Part shown: positions 1 to 11,120 of the stretch, in pieces | How positions within the stretch are numbered: position 1 is the stretch's first letter | Layout of the letters: each line of letters starts with the position of its first letter | NCBI GenBank assembly: GCA_951406725.2 | Contig: OX597823.1 | Location: 47,802,001 to 47,866,000, forward strand | From: Octopus vulgaris | Lineage: Eukaryota | Reading direction: 5' to 3' | Length of the DNA stretch: 64,000 nt | The notes under the pieces: generated by a model | Seen by the model: only the letters and a program-made list of their open reading frames with translations | What the model was told of the DNA's origin: nothing | Database searches by the model: none | Position numbers and translations under genes: made by a program

Positions 1-180
1 AATCCAGAATCCTTGTCCAGTACCAGATTGATCCCAAAATCTAATCAGTTTGTGCCGTTCATGAGGCCAAACATCCTTGAAAGTCTCATCTGAATCCATT
101 CAGCAGTTCTTGAGATATCTCTCCACGGTCTAACAAACAAACAAACAATACCTTTGCCTTCGTTAAAGCAGAGGTAATAA
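1..180. mobile_element. End of a Helentron/HINE-like non-autonomous repeat (truncated by window edge)
   Basis: Contains aatccattcagcagttcttgagatatc, a short (ACAA)n tract and a terminal hairpin tacctttgc-cttcgttaaa-gcagaggta. The architecture resembles HINE/DINE-type elements; family not verified. Confidence 0.35.
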
Positions 181-844
181 GCCAAGATAAATATCCATAG
201 CAAATATAGCTTAACCTTTACATAACATTACCTTCTGTCAACAATGCTATTTCTACCTTACTTTCTGTGCACAGATATTAAGTACATTTTACCTTATTCA
301 GAACAGCAAGGTTTTCTTCAGCCAACTTATACATAACTTTTCTCTTAGAAAGATGAACAGTGAACAGTAACAGTCTGTGTATGCTGTGTAATTTACTGAA
401 CAGTACTACATTTCCAGTGCCCTTGAGTCACTTATGACACAAGCTTTCAGCCATCTTTTCTTATTCAAATTAGTGTTAAATAGAGTAATGTTCTTGCTCC
501 TAAATTGTTCAATCTACACATAACACCTATGTTGCACTCAACATCACAAATTATGGCAGGTACTCTTGGATCTTTTCTGTTTAGCTGCCACTTTTCAGCT
601 TCTTCAATTTCTGTTACAATTGATTTCATATATGGTGTTATGATATAGTTTTGCACACTAATCATTAACATGAAATTCATTTTCGCCATAAATCAATAAA
701 TAAAGAGTTAGAATTAACAGCTTTTAAAGTTTGCAAGTTTTGGGTAATTTTAGCTAATCGTAAGCCACAGACGCATTTATGCCTTTCCATAGTAACAAGC
801 CAAGCTGATACCAAGCTGTTTGTATGTGCAGTCATTTTTCACTT

Positions 845-3590
845 TTTAAGTGGTGGTTGTGGGATGTGCAAAAAATAATAACTAAATAGGCTTTAAATCC
901 CACACCAAAATTTTTTTCACGGTAGTAGTGGTGGAGAAATATGTACAGTGATGGGTATGTAATCATGAATTAAAATATGTATGGAGATCAAAGTTGGTTA
1001 TGCGTGCATATTTAGACGTGTTCTGTATTTTGCGATGAAAAAAATTTCTTTCTTTAAACGTTCTTGTAAAGAAATTGTATCTTTCCACTGGTAGAAGGAG
1101 TAAACTGTGAAATTTAGCTTGATGCTACCTGCACATTTCTCTGTGTTCACTTAAAGGAATTTGTCTGTATTGCAAGAACAAGATCTGCTTTTTATGTAGA
1201 GTTGTTCTCCGTCTCAATGTCATACTCATCTGTCCTATATAGTGATGTCCACAACCCAAGCAGGTTATTACATAAATTAAATTCTCAGAGGTACAATTGA
1301 AGTTGGTTTTAATTGTGAACCTCTCTCCTTGTTTGAAAAGGAAATCCGAGCCTTCAAGTAGGTTGGGGCATGTTCCACAGTTTGGGCGTCCACATTTTTT
1401 AACCGTTAGTTTTGTGGTTCTTGTGTAAAGATTTGCATTTGTTAGAAGTCTCTTTAGCGATTTTAGTTGTTTTTTGCATTTGATGAGTTTATGCGTTTTC
1501 AGGATGTTGTTCATTTTTGGGTCTCCAGTTAGTAAAGAAATATTTTGCACAATAGTGTTGCATGTTTCATTGTTTCTAGGTTTGTGGGTTGATATATACA
1601 ATAGTGTTTTGAGATGAGGTGTGGTGTTATGCTTTGTTGTTCTTAGTGTTTTTATGTCTAATTTCTTGGCATGCTAAATTCCATCGTCTATAATAGATGG
1701 TGGATATTGTCAGTTAGTGTTGTTTTGATGTCTTGAAGACGAAGGTCCCAAGTAGTTCTGTCAGATCCTTTTGCCAAATTAAAGGGGATATTCACTTTGA
1801 TGTATTTCAGGTGGTATGAGTTAAAAAGGAGATATTGTTTCGAGTCCGTTGATTTATGATAGATGTTAATTATAATTTGGTTGTTGACTTTTTTGTTATC
1901 ATAATTTCCAAAAATCGGGGCTGTTTTTTGTTGTATTCCATTGTGAATTGAATTGAATGTTACTATTTATATCATTTAGTGTTGATTTGAAGTCCAAAAG
2001 TTTGTCAAAAGTCTCCTTCCAAATGATAAAACAGTCATACAGATATTTTTTCCAGTTTTATCTTATGTAATTGTGAAATGGATAACCATATTTTTGAAGT
2101 GACACTTCATATATGGTGAATTCAAAATAACCCATTATCAGGTTCGTAAGAACAGGGGCTGCTTTCATTCCCATCGTAGTTCCACATTTTCGACGACAGC
2201 ATGTGTCATCAAATAGGAAATAATTGTTCTGAAGTATAAATTTTAAAGATTCAATAATAAAGATCTGATTTATGCATTCCGGGAGTACTTCGGGGTACTT
2301 TTCCAACCAGAATTTGATTGCTTTTATTCCACAGTCATGTGGGATGTTGGTGTAAAGATTGATAACATCGGAGAAAACCAATATTGTCTCTTCATTAATT
2401 GTTTTTGGTAGGTGTTCTAGCATCTCTAAATCATCTCTAATGAAACTTTTGATGTATTTCAGCAAGAGTTTCAGTAGGATGTCTAGAAAATTTCTTAGGC
2501 GGTGGGTTTCACAGGCTGGGCCAGCTATAATGGGCCTTAACTTTAAGTCTTCTGGCGCTTGGACATTTATGTATTTGCCTTGTGATTGTTTGCAGGCTTC
2601 ATTGATTATTTTTCTCTTGTGTATTTTAGGAAGGCCGTAAAAAAAGACTGGGTTTACATTTGAAGTTCGTGATGTAGTCTGTTTTTTTTTCTGTCAGGTC
2701 TTTTCCATGTAGAAGTATTAAGGATGCAAGATTTTTCATTGTTTTTTTGTTGTTTATAGTTTACAACTCTTTCGTAGAAGGCATCATTTTCTAGTATGGA
2801 TAATACTAGGTTTTTGTAGTATTCTGTGTCCATCAGGATTACAGCACTTCCTTTGTCTGCTTCTTTAATTGTCAGGTCTTTGTCCTTTTGTAGTTCAATT
2901 AGATTTTTCCATTCTAGATCGTTGAGGTTCGAATTAATTTTTCGTTTATGGAAAGTATATGGGAAATTTTGGATATGGTATCAGAAGTCATCTAGTGTTT
3001 TATTCCTACTTTTACGTGGAAGGTAATTACTTCTGTTTTTAACCAGTGACTCATCTTCATTGTTGTAATCGCTTAGTGCTTCCGCAAGTTGTAGTTTTCT
3101 GCAGAATTCTGAAATACTGTCTTTAATTTCATTATAGATAGCGTGGGATTGGAGTAAACTTTAATCTTTTAGTTAGTATATTGATTTTTGTTGTAGAGAG
3201 AGCTCTCTTTGATAAATTTATTACTCTGGGTTTCTCCTGTACGTTTTGTTCCAACGTGTGTCCCTGTTTCTCTCCACTTGGTCTAACAAATGTTTACTGT
3301 CATTTGGTTGGTAGAAGTTATTAGTGTTATTATTGTTATTAATTAAATCAGTATTGTTATTCTTATTTATAATATTGGGATTGCTGGGAGGTTGGTGTTG
3401 CTGTCTGGTTGGAAGTACGTGGTTCGGGTTTCTTCGTTGGAATAAATTGTTGGGGTGCTTAATTATGTTTTGGATGCTAGGGAGTTGGTTGTGCTGTCTG
3501 GGTAAATAGGTTGAGAATCCGTAGGTTGAGTTTCTTTGTTGAGGAGTCTCTTGGGGAGAAAAAATTACTACTAACCCTAGGTTGATTTCT
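845..3590 (-). mobile_element. Penelope-like retroelement (Neptune-type), decayed RT + GIY-YIG endonuclease
   Basis: Minus-strand motifs in order: IKEADKGSAVILMD (~2830-2875), FYGLPKIHKR (~2611-2640), LRPIIAGPACETHRL, SDVINLYTNIPH and GTTMGMKAAPVLTNLIMGYFE (ORF 2058-2465), WKKYLYDCF (degenerate YxDD, ~2030-2056), then CGRPNCGTC...FNCTSENLIYVITCLGCGHHYIGQ (ORF 1125-1601). Multiple stops and frameshifts. Confidence 0.92.
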
Positions 3591-4180
3591 TGAACAACAT
3601 CCTGAAAGTGCATAAACTCATCAAATTCAAAAAACAATACAAATCACTAAAGAAACTTCTCACAAATGTGAAGCTTTACACAACAACTGCTAAACAAATG
3701 GTTAAAAAATATGAATGCCCAAACTGTGGAACATGCCCCAGCCTACTTGAAGGCTCGGATTTCCTTTTCAAACAAGGAGAGAAGTTCACAATTAAAACCA
3801 ACTTCACTTGTGCCTCTGAGAACCTAATTTATGTAATAACCTGCTCAGGTTGTGGACATCACTATATAGGACAGACAAGTATGGCATTGAGAGAGAGATA
3901 ACCACTCTACATAAAAAGCAGATTCAGTTTCCACAATACATACAAATTCCATTAAGTGAACACATAGTGAAATGTGCAGGGAACATCAAACCAAATTTCA
4001 CAGTTTACTCCTTCTACCAGTGGAAAGATACAATTTCTTTACAAGAACGTTTAAATAAAGAAAATTTTTTCATTGAAAAATTCAGAAAACGTCTAAATAT
4101 GCACGCATAACCAACTTTGATCTCCATACATATTTTAATTCATGATTACATACCCATCACTGTACATATTTCTCCCCACT
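3591..4180 (+). mobile_element. Inverted duplicate of the Penelope 3' end (GIY-YIG region)
   Basis: ORFs 3590-3901 and 3850-4110 repeat the protein of 1125-1601. DNA from tgaacaacatcctgaaa (3591) is the diverged reverse complement of ~930-1512. Confidence 0.9.
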
Positions 4181-4199
4181 AATCTAGTTTTTCAATTTT

Positions 4200-4332
4200 T
4201 GTGTATGTATGTATATAAATGTGTGTGTATATATATATACATATATATATATATATTTATATATATATATACACACATATATATATATATACATACATAT
4301 ATATATATATATACATACATATATATATATAT

Positions 4333-4393
<61 letters not shown>
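4200..4393. repeat. (TA)n/(TACA) microsatellite
   Basis: Direct reading; source of the YIYI ORFs. Confidence 0.95.
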
Positions 4394-4396
<3 letters not shown>

Positions 4397-4560
4397 CCCC
4401 CGCCGAAAGCTAAACAATTATCTCCCCCTCCCCACAATAATAACGATAACCAATAACTTCCCTTTATATTTTTCTACTTGTTGAATCATTCATAAATTTC
4501 ACGCACAACATGGACCAAAAAGTTTCCTCTTAAGAAAATACGTATTTAAATAAGTTTTAA

Positions 4561-4593
4561 TGTCATGAATAGTGAAAGCGAAACCAGTTGACA
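4561..4593 (+). ncRNA. Degenerate minimal hammerhead ribozyme of a Penelope pLTR
   Basis: tgtc-atgaata-gtgaaagc-gaaac-cag-tt-gaca: stem I tgtc/gaca, eroded CUGANGA, short stem II with GAAA loop, GAAAC and an eroded palindromic stem III. Lies just downstream of the Penelope 3' duplicate. Confidence 0.4.
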
Positions 4594-4685
4594 AACACAA
4601 TGCAAGATATACTAAAAATTACATTAAAAGTATGTAAAGTGTAGTTTATAATCGAAATTCCTCCTTTTCTCTTACTATATATATA

Positions 4686-5095
4686 TTACTTGTTTCCATT
4701 ATTTGATTGCTACCTTGATGAAGCTCCACCCGAAAGAATTTTTAGTTGAAAAACATCGACCCCAGTGCTTATTTTTATCTTTTTTTAAAGCCTGGTACTT
4801 ATTCTATCATGATCTTTTGATGAACTGCTAAGTTATGGGGATGTAAACATACCAACACCAATTGTCAATTGGCAGATGGGGAAGGGGCCAAACACAGACA
4901 CAAAGACACATACACATAGATATATACACACACATACACATATATACATATGACGGTCTTCTTTCAGCTTCCGTCTACCAAATCCACTCACAAGGCGTTG
5001 GTCAGCCCAAGGCTATAGAAGACACTTTCCCAAGGTACCATGCAGTAGGACTGAACCTGGAACCATGTGGTTGGGAAGCAACCTTTTTACCTCAC
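4686..5095 (-). mobile_element. SINE family A (tRNA-derived head, CORE-like accttgggcaagtgtctt, internal microsatellite, gtaaaaga tail)
   Basis: Reverse complement of the family best seen at 59530-59930; about 20 copies or fragments in this window. Confidence 0.8.
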
Positions 5096-5249
5096 ATCTA
5101 CATTATGTTCAAAGAATTTTTGAATTAGTGATTGAAGATGTATATGTGGGGAAAATTACAAGAAAGAATGTCTCCAGTAAAAGCTTTGAGATGGTAATAC
5201 AAGGATCAACAAAAGACAACATATAAATGTTAATATTGATGTATTCTAA

Positions 5250-5670
5250 GGCGCCGAGCTGGCAGAACCATTATTTAGGGCGGCGAGCTGGCAGAAACGT
5301 TAGCACGTCGGGCGAAATGCTTAGCAGTATTTAGTCTGCTGCTACGTTCTGAGTTCAAATTCCGCCGAGGTCGACTTTGCCTTCATTCTTTCGGGGTCGA
5401 TTAAATAAGTACCAGTTACGCACTGGGGTCGATATAATCGACATAATCCGTTTGTCTGTCCTTGTTTGTCCCCTCTATGTTTAGCTCCTTGTGGACAATA
5501 AAGAAATAAGAACCATTATTTCATCCAACTCTATGTCTTGAGTTTAAACACCACCAGGGTTGTCTTTGCTTTTCACTCCTTTGGGTCAATAAAATGAGTA
5601 CCAGTTGAGCACTGGGGCTAATGTAATCAACTTACTCTTTCGTCCGAAATTACTGGCCTTGAAATCAATA
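5250..5670 (+). mobile_element. Two nested SINEs of family B (tRNA-derived, Meta-domain-like tttgcctttcatcctttcggggtcga...aagtaccag)
   Basis: Inner copy 5277-5508 is flanked by a 13-bp duplication agaaccattattt (5264-5276, 5509-5521) inside the head of an older copy. Confidence 0.8.
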
Positions 5671-5979
5671 CTGAAACATCCTTGCGCTTTGTTGAAGCAG
5701 CTAAATGTACACACTGAATGGGAAAATTCCATGCTGGGAGCAACTTCTTTGAAAGTATCCATAAATTGGACTTTTAGAAAGAAAGGTGATAGTAGGAACG
5801 ACCTCAGGTTGACAGCAAGGTCTCTTAGATCCAGTTGCACTCTAAGTTTATTTTAGGTTAAAATTAGGCATCATACAAACGTATGGAATCGAATTCTCAA
5901 CACCGAGAGACGTCCATGGTTATGATGGTGATGATAACTTCCTTGTATTGCTCATGATCTTTTCTCTTCCTATTGCTTG

Positions 5980-6420
5980 GAGGCAGAAGGGGAGGAAAAG
6001 GGGTGGAGAAGGAAGGTGGGGAGGAGGAAGAGGAAATTAGGGATAGGTGGAGGTGGAAGAGGTGGAGGAGGAGGAAGAAAAGGGGAAGAGGTGGAGGAGG
6101 AGGAAGAAAAGGGGAAGAGGCGGAAGTGGAGGTGGAAGAGGAAGAAGGAGAGGTGGAGAAGGGGGGAGGTCGTGGAAGAGGTGGAGTAGGAAGAAAAGGA
6201 AGAGGAGGAGAGGAAGAGGCAGAAGAGGTAGGGAGGAAGGAGAGGAGGATGGGAAGAGGCGGAGGAGGAGGCAGAAGAGGTGGAGGAGGAGGAAGAAGAG
6301 CTGAAGAGGAGGAAGAAGAAGAACAAGAGGTGGAGGAAGAGGAGAAAGAAGTGGAGGAGGCAAGAGAGGAGGGGAGGAGGTGGAGGAGGTGGAGAGGTGG
6401 AAGAAGAAGAAGAAGAAGAT
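5980..6420. repeat. Purine-rich (GGA/GAA) low-complexity tract
   Basis: Almost only G/A on the + strand for ~440 bp. Confidence 0.9.
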
Positions 6421-9065
6421 ATACTTTATATATTATTTTATATGGCTATACTTGAAACCAACTGGTTTAGAAACAAAGCATTAAAAATTTCTATATTTTA
6501 CATTTCGTGATATAAATTCTTGTTTTAATGATCTCCCTAGCTTAACTTTTGAAATTTCTGACACTCTTTCTTTACGTTCCCTTGTTATCTCTTCTTAGTT
6601 TTATCATATTATCTACACTTCTGTCTTCACCTCATAATCTGTACTTTCCTTCTCATGTGAGTCTTTTTTCTCATCTTTTAACACCTTCACCTGTTTTGTC
6701 TCTTCCCTCATTCTATGCTTTATCTTCCTTCTACTTTGTAAACATAATATGAAATTTTCTACAATCGAAGCCATAACACTATTCAGAGAGACAACTCCAT
6801 CAGAGAGTTTCTAAAATCCTTGTTGTTATTTGATATCAGATGTGAAGATATCTGATATCTGAACTTTTGACCTTTCTAAACCTGTTGTTCACATTTCAAT
6901 TCCAGTTGAATGACTTAGAGAAAACCGCTCAACAAATCTAAATTCCCTAGCAGGTAACTTGCTCTAAAATCGAACTTAGGTCTTCTACATAAGGTTCACC
7001 TTTGAATTGGCCAGGCATTTTACTTTAGATTTGTAATTGTGTTTATCTTCATTTTCAATGCCCTTCAGCTGACTACTGTTGGTACTTAATCAATAGCTCT
7101 CCTAACAGAACCAGTGACTGTTAATCACTACAGTTGACTGCACTATTTGTTAAGTGACACGATACACAGAGAAGAACTGATACCCACATGGCAAACAGAG
7201 CCATCATCATCAGCAGCAAAACAATAGATGATTTATTGCATACCTAGTTACATACATCACTGTGCAGAGCAAGTACATCTTTTACAAATACATGTCTTCT
7301 TATATGCTTCAACTGCTTTCTCAAACTATATTCAATGAATTCTTACAGATGCAGGGGAATGTCTGGGAAGATCTAGAAGACTATTATGGCTTTAGGGAAT
7401 AATTGCAAAATCGTCATTTACAATTTATTTCGATTTTTTTTTTTTGACTTTCACATTCTTAATTTCTTTTTTTTTTTTACATTGAAGAATATTTCACTAT
7501 TTAACAAAACTAATAGGATTTAGGATTTTATTTCTGTACTTAATTCTTTCTCACACTTCTGCTTCTTTTTTTTTATTCACTCAATGAATTTTTTTTTTTT
7601 AAATATGTAAGAACAACTATTTTTTAATGCTTCCTCTACCTACACACCTAAAGAAATTTAAGCAAGCAAATATAACAATTTATTTATTATTTAAGGATCC
7701 AAAGTTTGGTATTAGTCCACCATAAATACAGTGTAAGTGCAAGTGAGTTTTTATTCTAACTGCAAAAGTGAAAACCTCTAAAATAGAAAGAGAATTAAGA
7801 CAAACACACCATAATTAATATTTATTTAATGATGACAAGAATTTTTGATTATCAAAGTATGAGAATCTGTTGATGCTCATGATAATGTGAACACCAGACA
7901 TCATGTAACTATGATCTTCTATTTGAACAATAATCTTAATTAAACACACAAGAAATATATCAATTGAAATTACATTTATTTTAACATAGGTTAAAGCTTA
8001 TTTCGTTTCATTTATACATGTATTTCTTTTTTATTCTATTCATTTTATATGGCAAACTTTTCTGTCATTTTTAGTGGATAGAAATTCTGAGCTTCCTTGA
8101 CAGTTTCTCTTCCCATACTGTCTATGATATGAAAACAGACAAGTTATATTTCTTCAGATGTATTTTCATCAATTTCTTTTTTGACCATAGAGCTCTCCTA
8201 AAAGATAGTCATCTATTTTTGTTATATCTATTTATTTTGCCAAAGTTTCATGACTACCAGACATATTTTTATTCAACCAAAAATATATAAAATTGGAAAA
8301 TGGAATTTATTATTGAATTCCAATAAAAATCACTTTGGATCACTGAGAAAATACTGGATATTGTAAAATAAGACACACACACATATACATACACACACAA
8401 AAAAAAATCGTTACAAACATAAGAAGAAAGAATTGTTAAAAGTTCTCAACTTGAATCATAGCTATAATGCTTTGGTTGATAGTCATTTTATGTTGCATAA
8501 AACAGAAGGCAGAACTAACTACTAACTTTGACGGCTATAGTACTTCTCTGATTGCTATCCAAGCATGACTATTTCTGCTTGACTACTATGATCTAACAGT
8601 AATACAGTTTTAGTGATGATATTTTCAGTATTTTCTGTATCCATTCCAAGGGTGTCATTATGGTGGAACATTAATTGAAAGCAATCTTTAAATATTGGTC
8701 AGTGAAAAAAAAGTAAAAAATAAAAAACTAAAATAATATTGAACATTTATTTTCTTTATTTTTATTTCACCTAAAATTTTATTTCATTTTAGTATAGCAC
8801 AGACAAGATAGTATTCAGAGAGTAGTTTTTAAATAATTTTATATTTTTCTAACTTCTAACCATTATAAGATGAAGTTAAAACAGTATTTTGTAAGTCAGT
8901 AGACTGATGCAAGCAAATTAAAGTATCTTGCACCAAACATAAGGTATTAGGCATGAGTCTGGAATCTTTAATCATTCAACCTAGATTTTGGCTGTGGTTA
9001 TTATAGGAAATAAAGCTTAGACAGCTCTCACAAACCTTGATCTATATATATATATATATATATAT

Positions 9066-9780
9066 TCTTTTATTCTTTTACTTGTTTCAGTCATTTGACT
9101 GTGGCCATGCTGGAGCACCACCTTTTAGTTGCACAAATCAACCACAGGACTTATTCTTTGTAAGCCACTTACAATTATTCTATTGGCCACTTTTACCGAA
9201 TTGCTGAGTTACAGGAACTTAAACACAGCAACATTGGTTTTCAAGTGATGTGGGGGGGGATACAGACAACACAAAATATATACATATATATGACAGGCTT
9301 CTTTCAGTTTCCATCTACCAAGTCCACTTACAAGGCTTTGGTAGACCCAAGGCTATAGTAGAAGATACTTGCCCAAGGTGCCATGAAGGGGCTCTGAACC
9401 TGGATTGATGTGGTTGGGAAGCAAGCTACTTTTATTCATTTCATTTGCCATAGAGGCAGTACAAAGATGAGTAGCTTAGTGGGCTGGACAAGACATTGAT
9501 GAGGTGAATGATAATGATACAAGATGATAAGGATGGGAGAAGACAGAAAGCACCCGCCGACCCTCTGCTTCTCTATAACATTGTTCTTTTAATAAAACAC
9601 ATATTGAGGTAATAACTCTCTTACAATTTACAATGTTTTATAATTTCTTTGGACTAACAGGTCCATTACCATTAAAAAAACAATTAGACACATATTGAGG
9701 TGATTAACCTCTTACCTCACGTCCCCGATTAATTCTCTTGCAGCCTGCAGGCATCTTACCACACAGCCACATCTGCACCT
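9066..9780 (-). mobile_element. SINE family A interrupted in its head by an insert at 9431-9754
   Basis: Body ends ...gggaagcaagctact (9430) and resumes cttaccacacagccac (9755). Confidence 0.8.
9431..9754 (-). mobile_element. Unclassified structured insert, probable 5'-truncated non-LTR 3' UTR (copy 1)
   Basis: Homologous to 48560-48963 over ~300 bp; ends gaataaa directly before agtagcttgc of the SINE. Confidence 0.7.
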
Positions 9781-10011
9781 AAAACGCTTACGACACAGCC
9801 ACACCTGCATCTAAAACACTTACTACACAGCCACACCTGCACCTAAAACACTTACCACACAGCTACATCTGCACCTAAAACACTTACCACACAGCCACAC
9901 CTGCACCTAAAACACTTACCTTACATCCACACCTGCACCTAAAACACTTACCATACAGCCACACCTGCACCTAAAACACATACCACACAGCTACATCTGC
10001 ACCTAAAACAC
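9756..10011. repeat. 32-bp minisatellite, ~8 copies
   Basis: Unit ttaccacacagccacacctgcacctaaaacac; aaaac recurs at 9781, 9813, 9845, 9877, 9909, 9941, 9973 and 10005. Confidence 0.92.
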
Positions 10012-10387
10012 TATTTGATCTCCAATTTAATGTGGAGGTTGTGTTAGAAAACAGAATTCTGCATTATATATCGTGAGAGGATTTCCAGTAAAGACGTGGT
10101 GAATAAAAGAAGTTTTTGTCAAATGAATTGACCCCAGAACTTATTTTATAAAGCCTGATACTTATTTTGTCGGTCTCTTTTGCCAAACCACTAAGTAACA
10201 GGGGACATAAACACACCAACAAAAGTTCTCAAGTGGTGGTGCTGGGGGGGGGTGACAAACGGAGACACAAACACATACATATATGTGTGTGTGTTTTGTG
10301 TTGTGTTTGCCCCCCACCCCCAGCATGGCCACAGTCTAATGGCTGAAACAAGTAAAAGATAAAAGATAAAAGGTATTTGTATATATA

Positions 10388-10562
10388 GGTGCAGGTGTGG
10401 CTGTGTGGTAAGAAGCTTGCTTCCTAACCACATGGTTCCGGGTTCAGTCTCACTGCGTGGCACCTTGGGCAAGTGTCTTCTACTCTAGCCTAGGGAGTAG
10501 ATTTGGTAGACGGAAACTAAAAAAAGCCTGTAATATATATATGTACATATATATATATATAC

Positions 10563-10620
<58 letters not shown>

Positions 10621-10840
10621 TTATATGCATATGTTTGAGTGCCTGTGTTTGTCCCCAAACCATCGCTTGACAACCGATGTTGGCGTGTTTATGTCTCATA
10701 CGTTAGTGGTTCAGCAAAAAAGGCTGATAGAATAAGTTCTAGGTTTACAAAGAATTAGTCTTGGGGCTGATTTGTTCGACTAAAGGTGGTGCTCCAGCAT
10801 GGCCACAGTCAAATGACTGAAACAAATAAAAGAATAAAAA
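10388..10840 (+). mobile_element. SINE family A, full length
   Basis: ggtgcaggtgtggctgtgtggtaagaagcttg...ggttccgggttcagtctc (A/B-box-like), accttgggcaagtgtctt, (TA)n, tail ...gactgaaacaaataaaagaat. Confidence 0.85.
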
Positions 10841-10986
10841 AATCAAAGCATGTACCTATCTATCTTTCTATTTATATTTTTATCTATTTATACATCTATA
10901 TCTATCTATCTATATATACATATGTGTGTGCGTATGCATTTATATATGTGTGTGCGTATGCATTTATATATGTGTGTGTGTATGTA

Positions 10987-11042
<56 letters not shown>

Positions 11043-11120
11043 TATATACATATATAATAGAAATATTAAAATTACTAAGTCTCTCTAAAAGAGATTACGG
11101 CAGCGTTACTGGAAATTAAC

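Noticed and set aside
465-689. 74-aa minus ORF with ATGGCG start
   Set aside because: No recognisable domain or consistent exon chain; the length is achievable by chance.
5970-6510. Glu/Arg/Gly- or Ser/Pro-rich ORFs
   Set aside because: Artefact of purine low complexity lacking stop codons.
10388-10460. tRNA genes
   Set aside because: A/B-box-like heads continue into SINE bodies and do not fold as complete cloverleaves.
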